DNA from: Naegleria gruberi
Taxonomy: Eukaryota
Strand: one strand, 5' to 3'
Assembly (NCBI GenBank): GCA_000004985.1
Contig: GG738863.1
Length of the DNA stretch: 64,000 nucleotides
Below, in pieces: positions 53,725 through 63,482 of this stretch (position 1 is the stretch's first letter; the number at the start of each line of letters is the position of its first letter). The notes beneath the pieces were generated by a model. That model was not told the origin of the DNA, searched no databases, and saw only the letters and a program-made list of their open reading frames with translations. A program made the position numbers and the translations under genes.

Positions 53725-53976
53725 ATCATTGTTATTAAAATATGAAATTTCAATCAAAAGAGATTCGGGACCTAGTAGCAAAAGGACCGTTTTTATCTCC
53801 ACCGAACAAATGATATTCAAGTAAATGAAATTAATATTTTAATAAATTGTTTTAGGTATTATTTGATCTGGGACGAAAGTGAACGAATTACATTATTTTT
53901 GTAATTTGAAATTTAAATACTATTCACAATTTAATAATAGTGAATGAACTTTCTCATTTCATTATAATTTGAATAT

Positions 53977-54690
53977 CTAGAATAATTGATTATCATTGGT
54001 TCTAGTCGCCATTTGTGAGAAATGTAATACACAATCAGAATTTGGTTTACCAAAAGGAATTCTTGATTCAATGTTTGTATCAATTACACCAGTTTCGTCC
54101 ACTTTCACTTGAATATCAAAGAAGAATCTTCTATTAGAAAGTGTCAAAATTAATGGAATAATTACAAATTCACCTTTCTTCAATTCCAAAAGCAAATCTC
54201 CTGCAATAGGATTGTGAAAAATCAATTCAAATCTTGTCAATTGATACAAAACTGGATGAGATTCATTAATTTCCAAATTATAGAAATTTGGAGTTGTAAA
54301 TTCAAATTTGTGAGTTTTTAATTCCAATTCCAAAATTGTTCCACTAATTCTTTGACATAATGTCACATGCTGTTGAAATCTAGTTTCGTCATACAATTGA
54401 TAGGATTGGAATTTTGATCGCAACAATAAATTTCTGCATTGTAATTTGATTTTTCCATTGGTGATGAAGAAAGGATGTACAGTTGGAAGAGTACTTGCAT
54501 TCGAAACAAGATCAGTTTCGGCTACCACATTCATGTTGGTAGATGCCACATGTTGAGATGTATTTTGAGCAATATTTTGTACATCTGCTGCAACAGTTTT
54601 GCTCACGCTTTCAGATTCATGTGGATTGGTTGAATTATTTGCACTTTGTTGTTGCTCTTGCTCATTATTCGAATGTTGTTGTTGTAACAT
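53977..54690 (-). CDS. hypothetical protein with Q-rich N-terminus
   Basis: The track start 54774 is TTG; the first ATG is 54690. 237 aa, no motif recognised. Confidence 0.35.
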   Translation of the reverse strand: MLQQQHSNNEQEQQQSANNSTNPHESESVSKTVAADVQNIAQNTSQHVASTNMNVVAETDLVSNASTLPTVHPFFITNGKIKLQCRNLLLRSKFQSYQLYDETRFQQHVTLCQRISGTILELELKTHKFEFTTPNFYNLEINESHPVLYQLTRFELIFHNPIAGDLLLELKKGEFVIIPLILTLSNRRFFFDIQVKVDETGVIDTNIESRIPFGKPNSDCVLHFSQMATRTNDNQLF

Positions 54691-55174
54691 GTTGCTTGAG
54701 GATGTGAATTCTTCGATTTGTGTTTGTTTTGGGATTAGTTGTTGTTGGCGTGGCAGATGATGAACCAGTCCCAACTAAAGAATACGAAACTATTAGCAAT
54801 GAAAGGGAGTCTTGAATTGATTGTTTTTTTGTGCTCAAATTTGGAAAGTGCAAGATGATGGCTAGACAGCTTTGCTTCTGTTAGCAGCAACGTAACCTTT
54901 CGAATAGTATTTTCAAGTAGGAATTTCCAAGCATGTAAGCTGTTGAAACATGTTGTATTCAATCGTTTTTTTATGTGGTTAGAAAAAGAAAGCAGTTCAA
55001 ACGTGACAATAACTCGTTTCTTTCATCACGTTTTCAATTCGAAACTAAATTCACAAATCTCTCATTGTAATCATTAAACACTATTAAATAATAGTTAAAT
55101 ACTCCAAATTTGGAAACACTCCAAAAATTGCAAATTCGAAAAACCCTTTTATGAAACTTTGAAAACAAAAAAAA

Positions 55175-55552
55175 ATGCTAGACTCCATCTACTCTCTCTT
55201 TACCTACGGAAAATCCCTTTTGATTCCCACCCCATCGGAACCAGGATCCACCAATAAGAATGAAAACAATCAACTAGAACAACAATATCCAATTGATAGA
55301 ATGTCCACCACAAGAAACTTTTCCGACTATCGTTTTGAATATTACTACAATTTAGATGATGATTCGCTCTTTTATAAACGCTCGGGATGGGCTGAATATT
55401 GTAATAACAAATTGGGACTTGTTTTTAGATATCCAACAGTGAATAATTTGTGTATTGAAGTGTTGCCTTTGGGTGATGGTGTAATTTCTGTACAACTCAG
55501 AGAGAAGGAATCAGAAACAACAACTAATGGGTGCTCCTCCTCCTCCTCCTGA
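55175..55552 (+). CDS. hypothetical protein (125 aa) ending in poly-Ser; may be the 5' part of the downstream gene if the (CCT)5 tract carries an indel
   Basis: ATG in AAAAAAAATG context. Non-repetitive sequence until a CCTCCTCCTCCTCCT tract (55533-55550). The +1 frame over the same tract reads MGAPPPPPDVMSGMV and continues into a GTAAGT intron. Confidence 0.35.
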   Translation: MLDSIYSLFTYGKSLLIPTPSEPGSTNKNENNQLEQQYPIDRMSTTRNFSDYRFEYYYNLDDDSLFYKRSGWAEYCNNKLGLVFRYPTVNNLCIEVLPLGDGVISVQLREKESETTTNGCSSSSS

Positions 55553-57385
55553 TGTCATGAGTGGAATGGTTGGTAAGTTGTTTATTATTATTTGAATTAA
55601 TTGGGGAGAATTAATGATGTGATTTGTGATTCATATGAAATAGCCACCATGTTTAATATTGAAGATGTTTCTAGTATTGTCCTTCAACAGAATAGTAATA
55701 CTTCATCTAATGATAATAATAATTCATCCTCTCGTTCCAATATTCTCAATCAGCATCATCAGAAAGAAGAAGAAGAAGAACAAGTGGTGGACATGACAAC
55801 ATTTGGACCAAAGGAGCACTTACTCAATTCATTGAAAAAGTTTGAAGAAAATAATTTTCCTTACAAGGTTTTACAACAACGAGCTGTTAAAATTAATTCA
55901 AGAAAGGCATATGAATGTAAATTGGAATTGGAAATGAAAAAGTCTATTCTCAGTAAGCATTTCAAACAATTTGAAAAGAGTGAAAGTGGTGATTCTGTTA
56001 AGGTTTTACTTTATTTGGTAGCTTTGAAATCTGATGAAACAAACAAATTCTTCACTCTTCAACACATGACTCCTAATCTTGATTTGGAAAACTTTGAAAA
56101 TGAAATTGAAAATAACATTTCACACATGGTGAGAAGTATTAAACTTGTGCAGACACAACAAGTTGGTGGATTCACTTTGGAAAGGAAAGATTTGGGAATC
56201 TCCATGAAGTTATTGGATGAAGCTTGGCAATGTTGGAAAGTTTCTGAATTAGAACATGATTTTACAGCTCCAACTAGGAAGAGTAAGGCAACAGATAGCT
56301 CAACCAAACTCAAAATGGAATCCTTAATTGAACTTCCAAACCATTTGAGGAATGAGAATGTATTGCTCTATCTAGTTTCACAACACTCAAAAGATCAGAT
56401 TGGAAAGGAGTTTGCTCTCATTGAATGTACCACAGCAGAACAACAAGAAACATTTGAACAAATTCTAGAACATAGAAAGGTTTCCTTGAAGAAATTCGAT
56501 AACTTTATTGAAATTTCAGAAAGAATCAACTTTGGCGATGAATTGGCATCGGAAGGAATTTTATTTGCCTATATTACTGAATTCGAGTCATCACCAGTTC
56601 ACTCCTCCAAGCTTCTCCCAACTGATCTTACTCAGTCATTCGAAAGATACAATGCCATAGAGTGCTACTTTACCAGAGACTCCAAGATTTACAAAATATT
56701 TTCCAGATCTCACTTTTCACAATCACTTTCTTCCTTCAGAGAAAGTATCATTTCACAATTCAAATGCCTCACATTCAAGCAACCTGAAACAACTACAGAT
56801 TTATTGGATAATACATTCATGACATTTAAGAGTGAAGAGCACAAGTTTGAGATTCAAGTCCCACTTTTGTATCAAGTTTCTGCTAAGGAATCTCTCGGAA
56901 ATACTCCAGTTTGCCAATTCTTCTCCAGATACTCCATGCTCAATGTCCTTCACATGTTTGAAACTCAAATCTACTTTGAATTAATTGGACACATTTCCAA
57001 GAATGAACACATACTCACAGATGCCACTCAAAGATTGGAAACTCTAAAACAATCTCTCCACTCTCAAATGGTTAGAAATCTTGGAAAGCCAATTCCTTTA
57101 CGATCAGAGAGCACCTTAGTTTTTAATGATATTGAGGCAAGGCATGTTGTCTTTTCCACACCAATTGGTTCTCCAATTCATCAAAAGAATTTAATTCATG
57201 CGCATACCAACTTTTTGTGGGTTTGCCCTTCACCTCAAGCAATACTCAGTCAGTCTAAATCACCTCAATCTGATACTGTATATGTTGTAACTATCAAGTC
57301 GAATGTAATGGAGTCATTCTTTACGGAATCTATTGAAAAACTGCTTCAACAGATTCATTCTACTTTCAAACTTGTCAAAGAATAG
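55527..57385 (+). CDS. hypothetical protein (~600 aa), 2 exons; first exon possibly continuous with 55175 ORF
   Basis: join(55527..55572,55644..57385). A 71-nt intron (GTAAGT...AAATAG) in phase 1 joins ...MSGMVG to ATMFNIEDVSS.... No domain recognised. Confidence 0.45.
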
Positions 57386-57531
57386 CTTTGAGATTTAACT
57401 CTCAAAGAGATGTGGATTAGTAAAAAGGCTCACTTTTACATTCTACAGTTTTTAACATGTCTCATTAGCTCCTAACCAAATTTACCAAAATAGAAAGTAA
57501 GGATCTTTCAGCATGTCCTGAACGCGTTCAA

Positions 57532-58026
57532 ATGAGCCAAAATAGAATGTTTACAATGCCTCTTTGTTACCTTCAAAAAAACTATTTGATCTCATCGAGA
57601 GTGAGAGAATCATTCACACTAAAAAAAATCAACTCAACTCTTAAAATGGCCTCTCAAGCAGATCTCGAAATTGTTGCCCAAGGTAACAAGAAATGGATGG
57701 AAGTCTTTGCCTCTGAAAAGATTTCACAAGGATTAGGTGATTGTTATCATCATGATGCTCAATTGACTCACTTTGGAACTTTTGGAGCTTTCCATGGCCC
57801 ACAACCAATTGCTGACTTTTTCCAAAACTTTTTACATGGTCAAGTTGGTGCTAGAAATCCAGTGTTGACTTCACACGTAGTTCAGAGAATTGATGAGAAT
57901 ACAATTTATGAATTGGGTAAAGTAAAGGCAAGTTTGGCTGCTGGTGGTGAAATTGAAGCTCCATACACTGTTGTTTGGACTAAAGGAAGCAATAATGAAT
58001 ATAAGATTAAATATGACACTTTCTAA
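57532..58026 (+). CDS. SnoaL-like / NTF2-like fold protein with 38-aa basic N-terminal extension
   Basis: The core MASQADLEIVAQGNKKWMEVFAS...DAQLTHFGTFGAFHGPQPIADFF...EIEAPYTVVWT resembles SnoaL/ketosteroid-isomerase-like proteins. The upstream in-frame MSQNRMFTMPLCYLQKNYLISSRVRESFTLKKINSTLK could be a targeting presequence (alternative start 57647). Confidence 0.5.
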   Translation: MSQNRMFTMPLCYLQKNYLISSRVRESFTLKKINSTLKMASQADLEIVAQGNKKWMEVFASEKISQGLGDCYHHDAQLTHFGTFGAFHGPQPIADFFQNFLHGQVGARNPVLTSHVVQRIDENTIYELGKVKASLAAGGEIEAPYTVVWTKGSNNEYKIKYDTF

Positions 58027-58325
58027 ATAAACAAGAATTATGAAATCTAACATGAGTGAAACCCTGTTCGGTTCTGTAACCAGTGACACTTTGTCGGTTC
58101 AGAAAATGGGTCAGCTGATACTTTTTATTTTTTGCATCATTATCGAGCTATTTGATTTGATCCTAAAAAGGAATTGCTTAGACAATACAAGAAACTTAGC
58201 TTTATTCGAAACAGTCTTGCTGAGTTCATAGAACACAAAGGGAGATCACGTTTAAGATCACGTTTCGAGGTTAGATTGATTAATTGGTAAACGTGATCCT
58301 ATACTTATTTTTATTAGAAATTAAA

Positions 58326-59621
58326 ATGAAAAAATTCCAAACTCAACTAATCTTACTTGTTGCAATACTGTGCCTAGTATCATCATGTCACTCTATTCAA
58401 CAAGAATTAGAAAGGAAAATATCAGCAGTTTCCTTTGAATATTCAACTCAAGATGGTTTCATCTTTAAACAACCAATTCAAACAAAACTCTATCAATCAG
58501 TTGACCCGTCCAATAATCCAATAGTTAGTGAAATTGATGGAGTATGCGACCCTCCAAACACATCCACTAATTCTCTTCTCCAACTCTTTACCTCACCATT
58601 CGCCTACTACTTTCGAATGAAAGATTATTCAACTTTCTTTGGGCCTGTTTTGTCTCATAAGGAAGTTTGTACTGTAAGGGTTAAAATGGGAATTTCTCAA
58701 TTACCTGCGAATATTGATAATGCAGAGTACGATTCCTCTTTCTTGGAAGGTTTGAGAGTAATTTCAGATTCGAATAGTGTTTCTAATTTTCAAAGTATTT
58801 TCGGTCCGTTTATTGCAACTAACATTCAATACGGAAATAGTGAATTGACCTCCTTTTACAAAAGTCTTCCTGTAGGAATTTACCAAACTCCAATACTGTC
58901 CAGTGAATCTCTAATCCCATTCAAACAAGTGAAAAATTCAAATGTTTGGTTTTCAAATGGAAATATTGTAAACTTTACAATTTCAACATTATCAAACTTT
59001 GTCAAAGTGAACAATTTAGCTCCCTCCAACGTTATCGCTTCCATTCAAAAGCTAGAAACCGATTCGTTCATTGATCCTTTACAAATTCAATCATTGTATC
59101 AATCATCCTATTCCACTAACTTTCCAATTTGTGAAAATTCAAGAATTTTCAATTTAATTGAAGCCAATTTGGATTCTGGATTCATGACCTATGTGATTAC
59201 TTATGCTTACCAGATGTATGGTGTCACTATTGGTCAAATAAGAAATGGTTTTGAATCTAAGGGAATATTTTCAAATGTCAAATTGACTTCAATTGCTGGA
59301 TTGTCACTTGACAGAAATCATATTACTGGCATTCCAATATTCAAAGTGAATAGAGCAGCAAGTTCTTCAATTAGAGAATCTTATTTGACCATGGATGAAA
59401 GTGAGGCTAAATCCATTTCATCTGATTACTCAATTCTTGGATATTGCTCATCTGTCAGTACTCATCCAGATATGATTCCACTATACAGATTCAATTTTGA
59501 TAGACATTATTACAGAACTAGCGAGAAGGGAGAGTCAGGTTGGATTATAGAAGGTTTAATGTGTTATGTGTATTCACATATAGTTTCAATTCCATCAGCT
59601 CAAATTTGTATTGTAAATTAA
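58326..59621 (+). CDS. secreted protein with C-terminal bacterial-type YR..DHYYT..E...GW..EG motif
   Basis: The track start is TTG; the first ATG is 58326 in a TTAAAATG context, followed by the signal peptide MKKFQTQLILLVAILCLVSSCHS. The C-terminus reads IPLYRFNFDRHYYRTSEKGESGWIIEGLMCYVYS. Confidence 0.5.
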   Translation: MKKFQTQLILLVAILCLVSSCHSIQQELERKISAVSFEYSTQDGFIFKQPIQTKLYQSVDPSNNPIVSEIDGVCDPPNTSTNSLLQLFTSPFAYYFRMKDYSTFFGPVLSHKEVCTVRVKMGISQLPANIDNAEYDSSFLEGLRVISDSNSVSNFQSIFGPFIATNIQYGNSELTSFYKSLPVGIYQTPILSSESLIPFKQVKNSNVWFSNGNIVNFTISTLSNFVKVNNLAPSNVIASIQKLETDSFIDPLQIQSLYQSSYSTNFPICENSRIFNLIEANLDSGFMTYVITYAYQMYGVTIGQIRNGFESKGIFSNVKLTSIAGLSLDRNHITGIPIFKVNRAASSSIRESYLTMDESEAKSISSDYSILGYCSSVSTHPDMIPLYRFNFDRHYYRTSEKGESGWIIEGLMCYVYSHIVSIPSAQICIVN

Positions 59622-59720
59622 AATCTTACTTCAGTAATTATCTCTGTAATTCAACAATTTCAACATTTCACAGATTTACAAAATGTTTTATGACATTGTT
59701 CACCATATGTTCCATTAAGA

Positions 59721-61226
59721 TCAATATCGTTTTTGCATCAATTTCAATGGTTCAAATATTTGAGCTGCCTCATTTTGATCAATATTATTCCCGTGAATAT
59801 CCAAATAATCTAATTCTTCCAAATGTACCAATGATTTGACTCCCTCAATACTAATCTTATTTTCGGACAGGTCAAGCTTTTTTAAAGGTTTCAATTTGTT
59901 GACAATAATCTCAACACCATCATTGGAAATTGCATTACATCCTATATAGAGATATGTAAGCTTTTTGAGATGTTGAATATCATTCAATCCATTATCGGAT
60001 ATTCTGTTGCTTGAAACGTTCAAAATGGTCAGTTGCCTCATGAAATTCGAAATTAGTTTTAATCCAGTGTCCTCGATATTGTTTAGTTCAATTTCTAGTA
60101 ATGTTAAACAGCTTAACGTACATAACTTATCTACGCCAATGCATCCAATAATATTGTTGGATAAACTCAGACTGGTCAATCCAGTTAGTTCAGAAAGTCC
60201 TTCTGTTTCATTCTGAATAAAGTTGACGTCCATGGAAAGGGATTTCAACTGCTGCATTTTACGGAGAATACCAACACTACCAGAATATCCCATGCCTCTT
60301 AGACCCAGCTCTGTCAAATTAGGCAAAGAACACAGACCAATAAGAGACTGCTGTGGAATAAGATGCCAATAATTACTTAAATCCAGGCTTGTTAATTGCT
60401 TCATGGTAGAAATAAGGAGAGGTGTGTTTTCCTCAAAGTCATCATTTTTTTGAAGACTGAGTGCTGTCAAGGATTCCATTGAAGTAATAAATTCAACACC
60501 ATCATTAGAAATTCCAATTCCATCCGCAATTAATTCATTCAAATTTTTCAAATTGCTAATAAATTTAGCTCCTGTGTCCGCTATGATATTTTGTGAAATA
60601 TTCAAAGTTATTAAATTTTGTAAAGAACTAATCGATTCAGCTCCAATAGATGTAACTCTATTACAAGGTATTGACAATTTCACAAGTTGATGCATTGAAC
60701 CAAGTAATACAGCTCCCTTATCACCAACACTTGCACCTGATAGATGTAAATTTTCCAAACTTGTCATTGTACTAATCACTTTTGCTCCATCCTCTCCCAG
60801 AAATGAATTATAAATCTTTAAAGTTTTCAATCGTTTCATCTCCTTACTGATAATGTGCAAATAATCACGTGAAAACAAACAATGAGCAAAATCCAACTCT
60901 ATCATGTTTTTCAAGTAAGAGAGTGGATAGTCAGGATCGAAAAAGTAATCAATATTCGAAACTCTTGAAACATAAAACAAATACATTTCCCTTCCAACAT
61001 TATTCCACTGTTTGCTAATGAGAAAACAATTTTGAACCACTGGTTGAAAAGTTAAATATTCCATGATTAAAAAACAAATATCATCAGCAAATACATTCAA
61101 TCTTCTTTCATTGCTTTTAAGAGTTTTCATTTTCTTCTCCTTTTTTTCCATACTACTTTCATCAAAAGGTTGCTTTGAATTTTCTTCTTCCGAAGCTTCA
61201 CCATCACTCGATTGCTTTCTTTTCAT
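59721..61226 (-). CDS. F-box / leucine-rich-repeat protein (FBXL-like)
   Basis: The track start is TTG; the first ATG is 61226. After an acidic N-terminus comes an F-box-like LNVFADDICFLIMEYLTFQPVVQNCFLISKQWNNV, then >12 LRR units (L.xL.xLxLs.N.I...G). Confidence 0.7.
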   Translation of the reverse strand: MKRKQSSDGEASEEENSKQPFDESSMEKKEKKMKTLKSNERRLNVFADDICFLIMEYLTFQPVVQNCFLISKQWNNVGREMYLFYVSRVSNIDYFFDPDYPLSYLKNMIELDFAHCLFSRDYLHIISKEMKRLKTLKIYNSFLGEDGAKVISTMTSLENLHLSGASVGDKGAVLLGSMHQLVKLSIPCNRVTSIGAESISSLQNLITLNISQNIIADTGAKFISNLKNLNELIADGIGISNDGVEFITSMESLTALSLQKNDDFEENTPLLISTMKQLTSLDLSNYWHLIPQQSLIGLCSLPNLTELGLRGMGYSGSVGILRKMQQLKSLSMDVNFIQNETEGLSELTGLTSLSLSNNIIGCIGVDKLCTLSCLTLLEIELNNIEDTGLKLISNFMRQLTILNVSSNRISDNGLNDIQHLKKLTYLYIGCNAISNDGVEIIVNKLKPLKKLDLSENKISIEGVKSLVHLEELDYLDIHGNNIDQNEAAQIFEPLKLMQKRY

Positions 61227-61681
61227 TTTTTTCTGGTTGATCAAAGCCTTAAAATTTGGCGGGAAAATAGTTCTTTCATTTTTGAGTGAATAAACAATTG
61301 ATTCAAAATCAGATTTTCATTACAAACTCTCTTGATGGTGTCATTATTTTGCCAAGAGACCATTTTGATGTACATCAATATTCGATTGACAGTCAAAACA
61401 TGAATTTATTGATGTTGAATTCACTTCAAAAATTGGCGCCTAACAAAATTTTTCAACTCAAAAAAAAAACTTAACAACACTCTCTGCATACATAGTTTCG
61501 CTTCAGAGTTTCATCCTTTTCCTCTGTATAAACAGTACTCTCAGATTCTGTTGATACCAATAATACGTGTATACTTCTCCGGTTGTGAGACTACAAATAG
61601 TAGAAGAGCAAGAGAAGAATTTTTACAAACTCTATTTAAATATATTAATATATATAATAACATAGCCACAACAGACCACAT

Positions 61682-62683
61682 ATGATAAATTTAACTCCTA
61701 GAAAGGCATCAAGAAACTCTGTTTCTTCCTTTCCATCTCCCGATAGTTTGCCACAACAACAAGAACAAATAGAAGCCATGGCAACACCACAAAGTATTAT
61801 TAATCCTCCTTCTTCAATTCATCAACAATCATCAGCCTTTGTTACACCTACTTCATCCTCCTTTAATAATGATATCAACAGAGAAGGCACAATGTATAGC
61901 CAATTTATGAACACGAATAACGCATCCAATTCACACCATCATCAATATTCCTTCAAACCATCAACAACCTCCTCCTATTTAAAGCCTTTCATGTCTTACT
62001 TTTTTGCTCATCGAAAGAATATTCACGATAATCCTTCCAACAAGAAGGGAGAATCCATATGGCCAGAGAGGATTGTTTACATCATTGGTTCCATCATCTT
62101 TTTCACACTCTCTTCAGTGATTCTTATTAATGTCCTCAACTTTATGTTTAGACAAAAGACTCTTCCAAAATCATCATCAGCAAAGGATGTGATATATTTT
62201 CTAATTGGAGAAGTTTGCACAACACTCCTTTTGGTAGTTATTCGTTTATTCTTTAACCTGGAGAATTCTGATTATGACCCTTCCATTACAAAACACCGAC
62301 ACAAGATTTCACAACATGGAGCTGAAGTAGGAGTTTTATTCGAATATTTCACTTTGGAAGAAAGAGAAATATTGTTCTACTTGTCCAATGTTTCAATCTA
62401 TCTTATTGGATATGCTACTAATTCATTGTGCTATGCAATTTTATTTGAATTAATTATTGTTCAAGCTGGCTCAAAATATGGATTTTTCAAAAAGGATTTG
62501 TTAGGCTTGTGTGTAGTATTGGCCAACATATTTTGCGTATTTTTGGGATGGTTTAATGTGAGAATGAATGATTCTTTGGAAGTTTTTCTCATTTCTTGTT
62601 CTGCTGATTCAGTACTTCCAGAGGAAAGTGTCTTTATCCTTCCAAAATTTTCCGTCTTGCACACATTATTCTCATTCATTTGA
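61682..62683 (+). CDS. multi-pass membrane protein (S/T/Q-rich N-terminus, >=5 predicted TM helices)
   Basis: ATG confirmed; hydrophobic segments throughout the C-terminal two thirds. Confidence 0.45.
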   Translation: MINLTPRKASRNSVSSFPSPDSLPQQQEQIEAMATPQSIINPPSSIHQQSSAFVTPTSSSFNNDINREGTMYSQFMNTNNASNSHHHQYSFKPSTTSSYLKPFMSYFFAHRKNIHDNPSNKKGESIWPERIVYIIGSIIFFTLSSVILINVLNFMFRQKTLPKSSSAKDVIYFLIGEVCTTLLLVVIRLFFNLENSDYDPSITKHRHKISQHGAEVGVLFEYFTLEEREILFYLSNVSIYLIGYATNSLCYAILFELIIVQAGSKYGFFKKDLLGLCVVLANIFCVFLGWFNVRMNDSLEVFLISCSADSVLPEESVFILPKFSVLHTLFSFI

Positions 62684-63156
62684 GGGCTGATGCAAAGAAA
62701 GATTCGTACATTGAAATGTTTCTTGTAATGTTTATTGGTATCCTTGGATCAATCATTGTATTCAGAACCTACAATGCCTATATCAGTGCTATGAGGAGAC
62801 CACCAAAATATATTAATCTTGGAAGACCAATCAGAAGATATCCACAATACCAACAATACCCTCAACAATCAAAAGGACAATTTTTCAATCCATCTCTTTC
62901 ACCTCAACAACAACAACAACAACAACCAGGATATTACCCTCAACAAGCTCAACCTTTTGGCACACCACAACAAAATCCTTACAACCCATATCAATCACAA
63001 TATTCACAAATGCAAACTCAACCAGCCTTTAATCCACAACAACAACAACAATTCATCTTTTCCACACCACAATCCGAACAGAAATTATTCTATCCTCCAC
63101 CACCATCAAACACTAGAATCAATTTTACTCCTCAAAGCATTCCACAAAGATATTGA
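62680..63156 (+). CDS. probable 3' continuation of the previous gene in another frame (TM helix + basic stretch + Q/P/Y-rich prion-like tail)
   Basis: No ATG. The frame is open from 62608 and overlaps the end of the previous ORF, so an unrecognised short intron or a 1-nt indel is likely. Tail QQQQQQPGYYPQQAQPFGTPQQNPYNPYQSQYSQMQTQP. Confidence 0.3.
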   Translation: MRADAKKDSYIEMFLVMFIGILGSIIVFRTYNAYISAMRRPPKYINLGRPIRRYPQYQQYPQQSKGQFFNPSLSPQQQQQQQPGYYPQQAQPFGTPQQNPYNPYQSQYSQMQTQPAFNPQQQQQFIFSTPQSEQKLFYPPPPSNTRINFTPQSIPQRY

Positions 63157-63482
63157 AAATTTTATTGAATAAAGATTTCACACACAGACATACACACCAT
63201 TGTAAACATCATCTCTCAGATTCTTTTCGAGAAGGTTATTTCTCCCTCTTCGTAATCTTCACAAAACAGACAAAAACTTGTCCAAAGGAAATTAGAGGAG
63301 AATTGAACAGAAAAAAAAAAGCCATCACCCACTTTCCCGCCAAGATTTTTGAAACTCTTGTGCGTACATTAATTGCTGCTTTATATTCATCACATCATCA
63401 AATTGTTCATCTCTCACGAGTACATTTTAGTATCATCACTCTACATAAAACACAATCATCTTATCAATTTTAATAGAGAGAA

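Noticed and set aside
48726-53727. ~100-bp terminal inverted repeats suggested a cut-and-paste DNA transposon with two internal ORFs
   Set aside because: The repeats are 5S rRNA genes (one full length, one deleted copy), not transposon ends. Neither internal ORF shows a transposase/integrase signature and no target-site duplication is evident. Retained as a finding for its unusual arrangement, not as a transposon call.
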